Source: Chiloscyllium plagiosum (lineage: Eukaryota). From it: a stretch of 64,000 nt of DNA. The stretch lies in NCBI RefSeq assembly GCF_004010195.1, contig NC_057718.1, forward strand, positions 24,066,605-24,130,604. Reading direction: 5' to 3'. Made by a program: the position numbers and the translations under genes. The notes beneath the pieces were generated by a model. It did not search any database. It had not been told where the DNA came from and saw nothing but the letters and a program-made list of their open reading frames with translations. The stretch's first letter is position 1, and each line of letters begins with the position of its first letter. Positions 13,650 to 25,749 of the stretch are shown here, piece by piece.

Positions 13650-14810
13650 ACCTATCATCAGAGATATGTTGAAGCACTTGTAAGTAGGAGTTGATTTAAA
13701 ATATTTAAGAAAAGCAAATTTTCATAATTATCATCCAAATAGTTTTTAGAAGCTAGGACATGAGCATAGTAAATAAAGAAGTGTCTATGAATATTGTCTA
13801 TATGGACTTCCAGAAGATGTAAAATTAGTTCTATCCAAGATTAGAAAGCAAAATAAATGGACACAACTGAAGATAGCTTTGTGACCAGGGTTGATAATGG
13901 GTTGGGAACGAAGAGTTGAAGAATAGGAATAAGTATTGTCCAATAATGTGATGGAATGTTTTCTAAAGAGAGATATTGGGTCCTCAAAATTCCCCCATGT
14001 TTATTGATATGCAGAAGAAATTGCATATTCATACTTGCAAATAACAACGAGGCAGCTGAGATCCTGTATGTGATGACAGGTGGTTGTAAATGGAAAAGAT
14101 CAATTAAAGAACTGGATAAAACTGCCAGGTTGAGATGATGTGGGCAGATGAACAGTTCAAGAATCTAAAGATAAATTGAAAATATCGTTAATGGTGAGAG
14201 ATGAGGCACTATGGAGAAGCTGAGGAATGTACACCCTCCTGAATAGATTTCAAAAAGCTAGTGTGGAGCAATGAAAGGTTCATCAAGTGCATCTGCACTT
14301 CTCAAGATCAAAGGCTTGGATGAAATGTCTGTCGTGTGGAACTTTAGTACTCTAGGTGAAGTCTGGCTTTGGAACCTGAACCTCTCAGGCGCCATTAACT
14401 TTGACTCTTCAGAATTGTATTAAGGGCTTGAGTGATAAGGTTACATGAACTTGGCTTGAGTCTTGATGGTTGAACGGTGACCTTGTCAAGCAGTTTGAAA
14501 TTATAAAAGGACTTGATCGGGTAGGTACAAAGAAAATTTCATCAACTGAAGCAATCTAGTACAAAACAGCATTAAGTGATGCCTAGGCTACCTCTAAAAG
14601 CAATTGCAACACTGCGATCATGCAAATGACTGTTGTGGATACTAGGTTGTGTCCGGTCTTGATGACTTTTATGAATGGATTTCATGACTTAAGGTTGTCA
14701 AGGTATTGTAGTCAAAGGTAGATAAATAGTTTTTTGGGGTGCAGATCAGCCAGAGTCTATTTAAATTATAGAACACATTCAAGGGACTAATTTGACTATC
14801 TTTGCTTCAG
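13650..14810 (+). mobile_element. Very old, highly decayed CR1-like LINE RT/3' region
   Basis: attgtctatatggacttccagaag (IVYMDFQK) plus later ttataaaaggacttgatcgggtag and 3'-tail-like segments. Confidence 0.5.
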
Positions 14811-14902
14811 TCTTGTTCTCTTTTTAGTGTGTTGAGCTTTGCTTTCTGAAATGTGTAAAATGCAAGTTGAATCTAATGCTGGTGATGCAACTTCCTTTTC
14901 AG

Positions 14903-16155
14903 AAAGATAATGAAGAAAAAACGCCAGAATTGAAGGAGGAGCAGGTTGCTGTTATCCAGAAACTTGAGCTCACAATTGAACAGCTGAGGACCAAAATAGC
15001 TGAACTGGAGAAGCATTCTGCTTTGTTAGACCAGGAGAGGACTCTAAAGGACCATGGATCTGCTAGTGAGGATGTAGTCTCAACAACTGCTTCTGACGTT
15101 TGTCCTCAAACAGATGTGCAGAATTTTCTTCTGCACAACTCTCAAACTTTCTACGTTGATGCTAAATCTGTACAGACTTCTCCTGCTGAAGAATATACAA
15201 CTGATCAAGTGCCTTTATTTGATAGCCAGTCATCACAACCTCCAAGTCCAGACTGTAGGGTTTCTTTGTCTCAGGATCATTCTGTATCTGGAGCTCTCTC
15301 ACCGCCAAAAGCTCCAACGTATCCACACAGTACTTTGTCACAACAGTTGGTGCCTCCTCCAAGTGAAACATCCCTTTCAGTGTCTACTCCACCGGTTCAA
15401 AACAGTGCAGTGTTTTCACAGCAGTTTATATCCAATCAAGGCTCTCTGTCTCTGTCTGACAGTGAAACTCTGCTATCGTCACCGTCTGATAGCTCGACTC
15501 TGCCTGCACTGATCAGTTGTGAGCTTCCACCTTCACCACCAGAACCTGAAACTCTTCCCACTCCCCCTTTGCCAGGGTCAGCTTTACCCACACCCCCTCC
15601 ACTACCCTCTTCTCCTCTCCAAGGATCGGTGTTACCCCCTCCTCCACCCCCTCTGCCGGGGTCAGCCTTATATGCTCCCTCTCCTCCACCCCCTCTCCCA
15701 GGCTCGGAATTACCCTCTCCCCCACCACCTCCACCTCTGCCTGGATCNNNNNNNNNNNNNNNNNNNNNNNNNNNNNNNNNNNNNNNNNNNNNNNNNNNNN
15801 NNNNNNNNNNNNNNNNNNNNNNNNNNNNNNNNNNNNNNNNNNNNNNNNNNNNNNNNNNNNNNNNNNNNNNNNNNNNNNNNNNNNNNNNNNNNNNNNNNNN
15901 NNNNNNNNNNNNNNNNNNNNNNNNNNNNNNNNNNNNNNNNNNNNNNNNNNNNNNNNNNACAGCCCCTCCTCCTCCTCCCCCTCCCCCAGCACCATCCTTC
16001 CCTCCGCCAGGCTGTGGTTTTCTCCCGCCGCCTCTTCCGGCCGGAATTTTTGCACTGGGAATGACTAAAGATAAATTGCCAAGGAAAGTTCCAGTTGATC
16101 CAACTCGCCCAATGAAGCCTCTCTATTGGTCAAGAATTCAGCTGAGTAACAAAAG
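14903..16155 (+). CDS. FMN2: Formin-2-like internal coding exon: coiled coil, Ser/Pro-rich linker, FH1 polyproline domain and start of FH2
   Basis: Acceptor cttccttttcAG|AAAGAT (phase 0) and donor AAAAG|GTAATT (phase 2). The translation contains [38 protein letters not shown] repeats and [15 protein letters not shown]...[19 protein letters not shown]. From recall, these match FMN2 ([48 protein letters not shown]) better than FMN1. N-gap at 15748-15958. Confidence 0.92.
15520..16040 (+). repeat. FH1 proline-rich degenerate tandem repeat ([13 protein letters not shown] units), partly lost in an assembly gap
   Basis: Recurrent CCT(C/T)TGCC(A/G/T)GG(G/A/C)TC-type units and CCN runs on both sides of the N-run. 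Confidence 0.85.
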
Positions 16156-17124
16156 GTAATTAGATGATCATGAATTGACCACGCACGTTGCCTTTTGCTT
16201 TATGTTGTGGCTGAAAATACTAATCTTGCTGAGTGAATCTCCATGATATCCTGACTTCTTTAAAATATCATGCAGTGAGATGTCCTCCAGCAGCAGCAAT
16301 TTTGTTCCAATTTAAGGGATTATATTTGACCATTATGGCCGTTGATCTTCTGAACATCCATAGATTATCCACTCTGGAATGGAAGCAGTAATGGAAGTGT
16401 TTCACAAGTGGTACCATGGTTTTAAATATAACTAGAAATGTGTTGAGCAAATACAGTTCTTCCACTGCAATCATAGAAAATTTTAGTATTATTTTATAGA
16501 AAGCTGTATTATACATGGTTTAATCTCAAACCTGTTCCCCTCTCATTAACACATTTAATCCCTCCTTAACCACCAAGTGCACTGACCGACACCACCATTA
16601 GGATCATGTCCTGTGATTTTCTTATGGCACCATCCTTATTAAGGATGCCTGAAGATGAGTCAGTGGACTACAGTTGTAAAGTATGATCAATTATTATTCT
16701 AGTCATGTGGACTCTTCCAGTTTTACACAGGATTTACTTCATTTGTAACGTTGGGTCTCATTACTTGTCTATGCTTCAGACTAGTGACTTATCCTATAAT
16801 TTTGCCAATATCTTTTCTTAGGGGGCATGTATGCAGTCTCTTTTTTTAAAAAAAAAAACTCCTCTTGCAGAGTTATGTTCCTTCACTTCTGCATAGATTT
16901 CTGTTGCTGATTTGCATTAGGAAGGCTTTGTGCTAAATTGTGGATATAAATGTGTCTGAAAAACACTGTTGTCTAACATCTTAATGTCACATTTAATGCC
17001 TGTTATTGTTTGTCCTTTTTCTGAAATTGATTTTTCAAATTTCTGCCGGAGTGTTCAAATTCCTAAATGGCCTGACTTCACCCCTCCATGCAGCTACCTC
17101 CAGCCACATGATTCTCCAAGGCTA

Positions 17125-17868
17125 ATGAAACATAGAATGCTTACAGTGGGGAATGAGGCCATTCAGCCTGTTGTGTTCCTGTGGGAGCAGTATAGTTAGT
17201 TCAGTTCACCCGCCCTTTTCCATGTAGTGCTCTAAATACATGTTCTTCATGTAATTATCTAATTTTATTTTGAAAGCTACAATTGAATCTATCTCCACCG
17301 TACTCTTAGGTGGTGAATTCCAGTTAATAGCCACTTGCTGTGTCTGTATATTTATATATGTATCCTCCTATTGCCGTTGTTTCCCTTCACCAGTCGCCTT
17401 CAAACCGTTCTTGAACCTTCCATTACCGAGAACGGTTTATTTCCGTGTACTAGGTCTGAACCCCTCATGATCTTGAACATCTCTATTGAATCTACTTTCC
17501 TCCTTCTCAAAGGAGAACAACTTTAGTTGCTCCAATCTATCCTTGAGACATGCTTGGAAGCTTTGTCTTTACCCTCTTTCAAGCCTTCATATTCTTCCTG
17601 AGTTGCAATGCCCAAAATTTGCAGTAATGCAATGCAGTCTAATTGAGGTTGATAGATTACATTCAAAGGTTCACCGTTGCTTGCTTTGGTTTGTCTGCTT
17701 ATAACAACCAAGATTCTGTATGAGTTTTTTGATTTACTTGTCCTGTCTTAATATCTTCATTGAAGTGTGTACATGTACTCCCCACCACTGGCCTATGACC
17801 CTTTTTCCCTCTCTAATTTACAATTGTATCCTTTATATTCCACCTCCTCCCTTCTTCCTACCAATGTT
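17125..17868 (-). mobile_element. Old CR1 LINE, 3' part (interrupted by a younger CR1)
   Basis: aacatagaatgcttacagtggggaatgaggccattcagcc tail followed by degenerate ORF2 C-terminus; continues at 20490-20830. Confidence 0.6.
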
Positions 17869-20484
17869 TAGAACAATACAGTGCAGAACAGGTCCTTTTG
17901 GCACTCGATGTTACACCAACCTGTGAACTAATCTAAGCCCATCCCCCTACCCCATCATCCTTATGCTTATCCAAGGACTGTTTTAAATGCCCCTAATGTG
18001 GCTGAGTTAACTACATTAGCAGGCAGGGCATTCCACGCCCTTACCATTGTCTGCGTAAAGAACCTGCCTCTGACATCTATCTTAAATCTATCATCACTCA
18101 ATTTACAGCTATGCTCCCTTGTATAAGCTGTTGTCATCTTCTGAGGAAAAAGACTCTCACTATCCACCCTAACTAATCCTCTGATCATCTTGTATGTCTC
18201 TATTAAATCCCCTCTTAGCCGCCTTCTCTCCAATGAGAACAGATCGACGTTCCTCAGCCTTTCCTCATAAGACCTTTCCTCCAGACTAGGCAACATCCTG
18301 GTAAATCTCCTTTGGACCTTTTCCAATGCTTCCACATCCTTCCCAAAATATGGCAACCAGAACTGCACACAATATTCCAAGTGAGGCCGACTAACTTTTT
18401 GTACAGTTTCAGCATGACATCACAGCTCTGGAACTCAATCCCTCTCCCAATGAAACCTAACACACCGTATGCTGCCTTAACAGCCCTATCAACCTGGGTG
18501 GCAACCTGGGTGAACGCCAAGATCTCTCTGCACATCTACACTACCAAGAATCTTTCCTTTGGCCCATTATTCTGCCTCCTTCTTATTCTTCCCAAAGTGA
18601 ATCTCCTCACATTTCTCTGCATTGAACTCCATTTGCCACCTTTCAGCCCAATTCTGTAGTTTATCTAAGTCCCCCTGCAACCTGTAACATTCTTCCACAC
18701 TGTCCACTACTCCACCGACTTTAGTGTCATCTGCAAACTTACAAACCCATCCACCAATGCCTGCGACCAAGTCATTTATAAAAATGACAAACAGCAGTGG
18801 TTCCAAAACGAATCCTTGTAGCACACCACTAGTAACTGGACTCCAGGTTGAATATTTTCTATCAAACACCACTCGCTGCCTTCTTACAGAAAGCCAGTTT
18901 CTAATCCAAACTGCTAAATCACCCTCAATGCCATTCCTCTGCATTTTTCTCCAGTAGCCTACCATGTGGAACCTTATCAAAGACTTTTCTGAAGTCCATG
19001 TACACCACGTCAACTGCCCGACCCTCATCTACAAACTTTGTCACCTTATCAAAAAACTTAATAATGTTTGTGAGATGCGACCTACCCTTGACTAAACCAT
19101 GTTGACACTCTCTCTGTTGCTTGCTAGATTATTATAAATCCTATCTCTTATAATCCTTTCCAAAACCTTTCCGTGCAAAAGACATAAGGATCAGTGGTCT
19201 ATAATCACCTGGATATAACCTCTACTGCCCATCTTGAACAAGGGCACAACATTTGCAATCCTCCAGTCCTCTGGAACTAAACCTGTAGACACTGACGACT
19301 CAAAGATAAAGGCCAAAGGCTCTGCCATCTCCTCCCTAGCTTCCCAGAGAATCCTTCGGATAAATCCCATCTGGCCCAGCGAATTTGTCTACTTTCACTC
19401 CTTCTAGAATTGATAACACCTCCTCCTGACTAACCTCAATCCTTTCTAGTCGAATAGTCTGTATCTCAGTCTTCTCTACAATATTCTCCTTTTCCTGAGT
19501 GAAAACAAGTGAGAAATATTCATTTAGCACCTCTCCGATCTCTGCAGGGTCCACACACAACTTCCGCTTCTGTCTTTAACTGGCCCTATTCCTACGCTAG
19601 ACATCCTTTTATTCCTCACATACCGATAGAAAGCTTTCGAGTTCTCCCTTATTCTACTTACTAAAGACTGCTCATGTCCCCTCCTTGCTCCTCTTAACTG
19701 CCTCTGTAATTCCTTCCTAGCTAAGCTGTAACTCTCCAGCGTCTCATCTGAACCATCTCATCTCAATGTCCCATAAGCCTCCCTCTTCTGCTTAACAAGA
19801 GATACAATTTCTTGAGTAAACCATGGTTCCCTTACCTGATCACTTCCTCCCTGTCTGACAGGTATATACCTATCAAGGACACACAATGTCTATTCCTTAA
19901 ACCAGCTCCACATTTCGATTTTCCCTATTCCCAGCATTTTGTTACCCCATTCTATGCCGCCTAAATCTTGCCTAATCGCATTATAATTGCCCTTCCCCCA
20001 CCTATAATTCTTGGCCTATGGCATGTACCTATCCCTTTCCATCGCTAAACTAAACGTAACTGAGATATGGTCACTCCCTCCAAAGTGCTCACCTACCACT
20101 AAATCAGACGCTTGGCCTGGTTCATTACCAAGCACCAGATCCACTGTGGCCTCCCCTCTTGTCGGCCCTTTGACATACTGTGTCAGGAAATCCTCCTGCA
20201 CACTTTGGACAAAACCTGATCCATCCAACGTACTAGAGTTCTAGCATTTCCAGTCAATGTTGGGGAAGTTTAATTCCCTGATAATAACCACCCTGTTCCT
20301 TTCACTCCTACCCAGAATTATTTTGCCAATCCTCTCTTTCACCTCCCTGGAACTCTGCAGTGGCCTTGGGGGGGAAAAAAAAGCTCCCAACAGAATGACC
20401 TCCCCTCTTCTGTTTCTAACCTCAGTCCATTCCACCTCAGTAGACGATTTCTCGTCAAAATTTCTTTCAGCCAGTGTTATACTG
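17869..20484 (-). mobile_element. CR1 LINE, 5'-truncated ~2.6 kb, frameshifted ORF2 (endonuclease C-terminus plus RT)
   Basis: ORFs 18567-19028 ([21 protein letters not shown]...KFADDTK), 17967-18380 (EYCVQFW...LFSLERRRLRGDLIETYK), 20016-20228 (PTRGEATVDLVLGN) and 20241-20528 (ELNFPNIDW). Confidence 0.95.
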
Positions 20485-20489
20485 TTATC

Positions 20490-20830
20490 CTCCATACAGC
20501 TTAATACTTCGTTTGGTGTCATCCACAAATTACAAAGCTGTTCCCTGTATAAATGTGTTCAAGTTATTAGTATAGGATGAGAAAAGCTGTGGATCTAATA
20601 CATAATTCTGAGGGACTCCACTTATTTCCATTCTAAAAACCACCATTCTGCACTATTGATTCCCAATACTCTGCTAACTTTGTTTATGTTGTTGCTGTCC
20701 CTTTCATCAAGGCAAAACTCATCTGACAAGCATATTTATCAAATGCCTCTTGAAATTCTATAGACAACACTTCAGTTATGTTATCAACACTCTGTTACCT
20801 CATCAAAAAGACTCCATTAAGTATCAGCTT
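20490..20830 (-). mobile_element. Old CR1 LINE, RT part (continuation of 17125-17868)
   Basis: tttggtgtcatccacaaat reads FVDDTK on the minus strand; tttatcaaatgcctcttgaaattc reads EFQEAFDK. Confidence 0.6.
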
Positions 20831-21064
20831 ATATCTCTTAAACACAAGCTGAAACTAGGTGTTTCAAGTGACCACAAAAACAATTCAGACCTGTAAAATA
20901 GTAGGCAATATTAGGCAAATCTGAAAAGCTTGCCAAAACATGTAGAATTACACAAGCAACCATAATAAATAATCCAGAAACCTGCCTGTAAATAGTTTGA
21001 TATCCTTTTATCGTAATTCTGGTTTGTGCGTATATGGGTGTCCTTTCTATAGTTTAGATTTTTT

Positions 21065-21857
21065 AAAATGTTATTCATTTGTAGGACTTGGGCATCGCTG
21101 GCTGGCCACATTGATAACCCATCCCTATTTGCCCTTGAGAAGGTGGTGATGAGCTGCCGCCTTGAATCGCTGCAGTCCACTTGCTGTGGGTTGACCCACT
21201 ATAGCAGTAGGGACAGAATTCCAGGATTTTGACCCAACAACTGAAGGAACGGTGGTATATTTCCAAGTCAGGGTGGTGAGTGGCTTGGAGGAGAATTTGC
21301 AGGTGGTGGTATTCCTAAGTACCTGCTGCTCTTTCCTTCGAGATGGAATTGGTCATGGATTTGGAAGGTGCTGTCTAAGGATCTCTGAATTTCGGCAGTG
21401 GATTTCTTGTAGATAGTACACACTGCTGCTATTGAGCGGCAGTGGTGGAGGGATTGAATGTTTGTAGATGTGGTGACAGTTCTGCGGGATACTTTGTCCT
21501 GGATAGCGTCAAACTTCTTTGGTGTTGTTGGAGCAATACCCATCCAGGCAAGTGGGGAGTATTCCATCACACTCCTGACTTGTGCCTTGAGTTACTCGCT
21601 GCAGTATTCCTAGCCTCTGAACTGCTCTTGTAGCCACTGTGCTTACGTGATGTGTCCAGTAGAGTGTTTGGTGAATGGGGGTCCCAAGGTTGTTGACAGT
21701 GCGGGATTCGGTGATGGTAATACTGTTGAATGTCAAGGGGCGTCGGGTAGAGTGTCCCTTATTGGTGATGGTCATTGGCATTTGTGTGCCACTTGTCGAC
21801 CCAAGCCAGGATATTGTCCAGATCTTGTTGCATTTGAGCACGGACTGCTTCAGTAGG
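21065..21857 (-). mobile_element. CR1/L2-group LINE 3' region of a second family (tail gggcaaatagggatggg...gccagcgatgccc)
   Basis: ORF 21268-21570 MEYSPLAWMG...FDAIQDK...QSLHHCRSIAAVCTIYK is a typical post-RT segment; its tail is shared with the SINE at 24305-24657. Confidence 0.8.
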
Positions 21858-22081
21858 TCTGTATTGATCATGATGATATTGAGTAAGATGCTTTGTTTAA
21901 CTCACTGGACGCTAGCATTACCATTTTAATGTTGCACTTTGATACCTGTGGTCCTCTAATTCTGGCTGCTTGTGCAATTCCAATTTTACTCGTTGCAATA
22001 TAAGTGAGGTACCCTTTGCCTGCCAAAGACATTAAATGCTGAATGATCCACCGTTTAAAGCTTTCCAACTCCTATCCTTTT

Positions 22082-23157
22082 CATAGAACATAGAAGAATA
22101 CAGCGCAGTACAGGCCCTTTGGCCCTCGATGTTGCGCCGATCCAAGCCCACCTAACCTATACTAACCCACTATCCTCCATATACCTATCCAATGCCCGCT
22201 TAAATGCCCATAAAGAGGGAGAGTCCACCACTGCTACTGGCAGGGCATTCCATGAACTTACGACTCGCTGAGTGAAGAACCTACCCCTAACTTCAGTCCT
22301 ATATCTACCCCCCCTTAATTTAAAGCTATGCCCCCTCGTAATAGCTGACTCCATACGTGGAAAAAGNNNNNNNNNNNNNNNNNNNNNNNNNNNNNNNNNN
22401 NNNNNNNNNNNNNNNNNNNNNNNNNNNNNNNNNNNNNNNNNNNNNNNNNNNNNNNNNNNNNNNNNNNNNNNNNNNNNNNNNNNNNNNNNNNNNNNNNNNN
22501 NNNNNNNNNNNNNNNNNNNNNNNNNNNNNNNNNNNNNNNNNNNNNNNNNNNNNNNNNNNNNGTTAGATCTCATGGAATACAGGGGGAACTAGCCATTTGG
22601 ATACAGAACTGGCTCAAAGGTAGAAGACAGAGGGTAGTAGTTGATGGCAAAGTTTCTTCATGGAGTGCCGTCACTAGCGGTGTTCCGCAAGGATCTGTTT
22701 TAGGACCATTGCTGTTTGTCATTTATAAAAATGACAAACAGCAATGGTCCCAAAACAGATCCTTGCGGAACACCGCTAGTGACGGCACTCCATGAAGAAA
22801 CTTTGCCATCAACTACTACCCTCTGTCTTCTTCCATCCAGCCAATTCCTAATCCAAACCTCCAACTCACCCTCAATGCCATATCTCCGTATTTTCTGCAG
22901 TAGCCTACCATGGGGAACCTTATCGAACGCCTTACTAAAATCCATATATACCACATCTACCGCTTTCCCCTCATCAACCTCCTTCGTCACCTTTTCAAAG
23001 AATTCAATAAGGTTTGTGAGGCACGACCTGCCCTTCACAAAACCATGCTGACTATCCTTGATCACATTATTCCTATCCAGATGTGCATAAATCCTATCCC
23101 TTACAATTCTCTCTAAGACTTTGCCCACAACAGAAGTGAGACTCACCGGCCTATAGT
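22082..23157 (-). mobile_element. Young CR1 LINE, 5'-truncated, with internal N-gap (22367-22561) and fold-back segment
   Basis: Near-intact RT ORF 22700-23146 ([11 protein letters not shown]...[14 protein letters not shown]...[13 protein letters not shown]...[19 protein letters not shown]), C-terminal ORF 22157-22573 and catagaacatagaa tail. Confidence 0.93.
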
Positions 23158-23159
23158 TT

Positions 23160-23304
23160 TCGTTTCATCTTATCTTTTCTCTGTCCTTTTTGCTCTCTTT
23201 TGTTTTCTTTCTGGTTAGCTGTCCTTTGTATTTCTTTATTGATTTTCTTTCTCTTTTCTCTTTTCTCTCTCCTTCCTCTCCACCCCCCCCCCCCCCCCCC
23301 CCCC
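23160..23304 (+). repeat. Pyrimidine-rich low-complexity tract ending in poly-C
   Basis: T/C-rich run followed by a run of ~21 C. Confidence 0.8.
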
Positions 23305-23819
23305 AATACACCTTCAGATCTACTTGGATCCTAATTTCAGTCACCTATCTGAATAACTCAGTGCTAAATTTTGTGTAATCTTGTAAAACGCTTTGGGGCA
23401 TTTTCATTACCTTTTTAAAGGTGCCAGACGAACACAAATTGCTTTTTGGTCCTAATAGGTGAAGGTTTTTAAAATAGTGCACGTCAGATTTAGCATCCAA
23501 GAAAAAGATTTGAGTGAGTGAATCATTCACTGATATCGTTCACTGAATCATTCGCTGATATCATTTTGATTATATCATCCAAGAATTTATTTTAATTCAA
23601 ATATTCATGACAAGAACCTTTTTTCATTTAAATAGTTGTGACTGGCATTTCAAAATGTTTGTAAGTGGCGAAGGCTCAAGATGTGGAAGGGAATGTAAAT
23701 GGTTTAACAATGTGATGTGGACAGATTTTGAATTGTATGTGTTTAGTCATTTAGCCACTCATTAACACAGCAATCTATGATTTGAAAGTGGTTTAGCAAT
23801 AGTAGTTTTGGAAGGAAGG

Positions 23820-24290
23820 CATATAGAACAGAAACAGAACAGGTCAACTTCCACACAATTGTTACTGTGTCGGAGGAAACCCATTCAGCCAATTGTGCCT
23901 ACACTGGCTCTTCAAATGGGCATCATTACCTAATGCAAATCTCCAGCTGGTCCCCTGCCCGCCCATTTCTTTACACACTAAAACCAGCCAATCACCACCT
24001 GAATGCCTCGATTGAGCCTGCTTCCACCAGATTTCCAGGCAGTGTATTCCATCCCCTCACTATCTGCTGTGTAATAGTGTTTTTTATTCCCCTTCATGTT
24101 ATCTTTGCTTCATTTACGCATCTGTCAGTACACTTTTAACAAACCAGAGCAGCTTTTCCATATCTCCTCTCTCCAACCAGCTCATGATTTTGAAAACCTT
24201 TATCAGATCATTTCTTGGCTGTCTACTGTCCAAGAAGAGACCGCATTTCTTCAATGTAACCTCATAACCGAAAATTTCTTGTCCCTGAAA
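23820..24290 (-). mobile_element. Decayed CR1 3' fragment
   Basis: ccattcagcc tail; gagcctgcttccaccag...ggcagtgtattccatcccctcac; ctcatgattttgaaaacctttatcagatc. Confidence 0.6.
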
Positions 24291-24304
24291 CCCCTCTTTT
24301 TTTC

Positions 24305-24657
24305 CTCTTTTATTAATTCAAGCGATAAGGGGGTTGCTGGCTAAGCAGCATTTATTGTCCGTTCCTAATTGCCCAGAGGGCAGTTAGAAGTCAACCTGAT
24401 TTGCTGTGTGTCTGGAGTCATATATACACCAGATGGTCGCTTCCTTCCCTAAAGGACATTAACAAACCAAATGGGTTTTTTCTGACAATCAACAATAGAA
24501 ACATGATCATCATTAGACTCTTAATTCCAAATTTTCATTTTATTGAATTCAAATTCCACTATCTGCTGTGGCGGGATTCACACCCAGGTCCCCAGATCAT
24601 GAGCTGAGTCCTTGGATTAACAGTCCAGTGATAATACCACTAGGCCATCACCTCCCC
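24305..24657 (-). mobile_element. tRNA-derived SINE with the 3' tail of the 21.1-21.9 kb LINE family
   Basis: The minus strand begins GGGGAGGTGATGGCCTAGTGGTATTATCACTGGACT (A box), has a B-box-like GGGTGTGAATCCC, and ends CTCTGGGCAATTAGG...CAATAAATGCTG. Confidence 0.85.
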
Positions 24658-25749
24658 GAATAAGATGACTTTCAGATAGTGGTGAACTACGTTTTGGAAA
24701 AGGATATGATGATTATGGAGAAATTTGATATTCTGCAAAAAAGTTAGTTTTTAGGGCCACCAAAAATATTTTTCAACAGATATGAAGTTGGTAAGTCTCC
24801 AAAAATCCAGTTATGCCCAGTTCAGTGTAGTATAACTGTTCAAGTGATTTTATAGCAAGAATAACTGTGCAAGACTTGAAATTCCTGTTAGTTCTATAAT
24901 TTGATGTTGGCTCAGGCACCCTCTGGAGTAAGGTAGAAACATTGGTGGCATCTTCTGGATTTTCCTCCTACCTTGTTTTCGCGTGGAACCACGAAAATGC
25001 TGTCGGTTATACTACAGCATTCTCTGAAAGTTTTGTTCCCAATATCACCACAAAATACTTCCTCAACATTTATCCTGTCAGTAACCATGATCCATCTCAC
25101 AAGTGTACAGCTCAAACATTAAATAGGGTAATTGATCCCAAATGGAGAGCGTAGACCGTGGAAATGGATTCTGAGGACTGTGCAATATTATCACGTCTGT
25201 AAAAGCACAGGCACGTCAGGTCAGGTTTTGATCCAGATCGGTTTTGTTTATGTGCAGTACTGGAAGGCAGTCTTGTTGTTTGCATTAAATTGGCTTCTGC
25301 TCTCTGAATTTTGTCGGGGATTATGGCTTTCAAGGGTCATTAACGTAGTCTATTTGCAAAGAGGTTTGTGCCCTTGTTGATCTTGCATCATTAGTTCAGC
25401 ACTGTCTCTTGGTGTTTTGGAAATATAACAAAGGCAAAGAGGGAAATTAAATCATGTTGCCGCGTATGAGCACTGATGTGGTATGAATTAGTTTCAGTAA
25501 TCATTTGTCGCAGTTTGAGCAGCAGGCAGTGGCAAACCAGACCATGCTTGAAAACTGATGCATAGGATGACAGACAGACAGCCTTTCCCTGCTCAAATTT
25601 GTGCCTACACGTGTGATAATGCAGTGCTACTGTTCAGTATCTGAAACCTTAGTGTTGCGTGCTTGCGTTGACAGATTCATCTGCCACGTTGCTGATGTAA
25701 AGTAGCAAAAAGGATGGCTTACAAAAAGGAAAGGGGAAATATTCAGCAG

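Noticed and set aside
14867..14902. N-terminal extension of the 430-aa ORF (MNLMLVMQLPFQ)
   Set aside because: Starts at TTG and is the intron's polypyrimidine tract and acceptor; not coding.
15114..16064. Overlapping alternative-frame and antisense ORFs in the FH1 exon
   Set aside because: Shadows of low-complexity proline-rich coding sequence, inflated by the N-run.
23519..23565. 25-bp-period duplication TGAATCATTC(A/G)CTGATATC
   Set aside because: Two-copy local slippage duplication; not an array or CRISPR-like structure.
2728..25672. Shared 13-mer TGCTTGCGTTGAC at 2728-2740 and 25660-25672
   Set aside because: Many chance 13-mer matches are expected within 64 kb.
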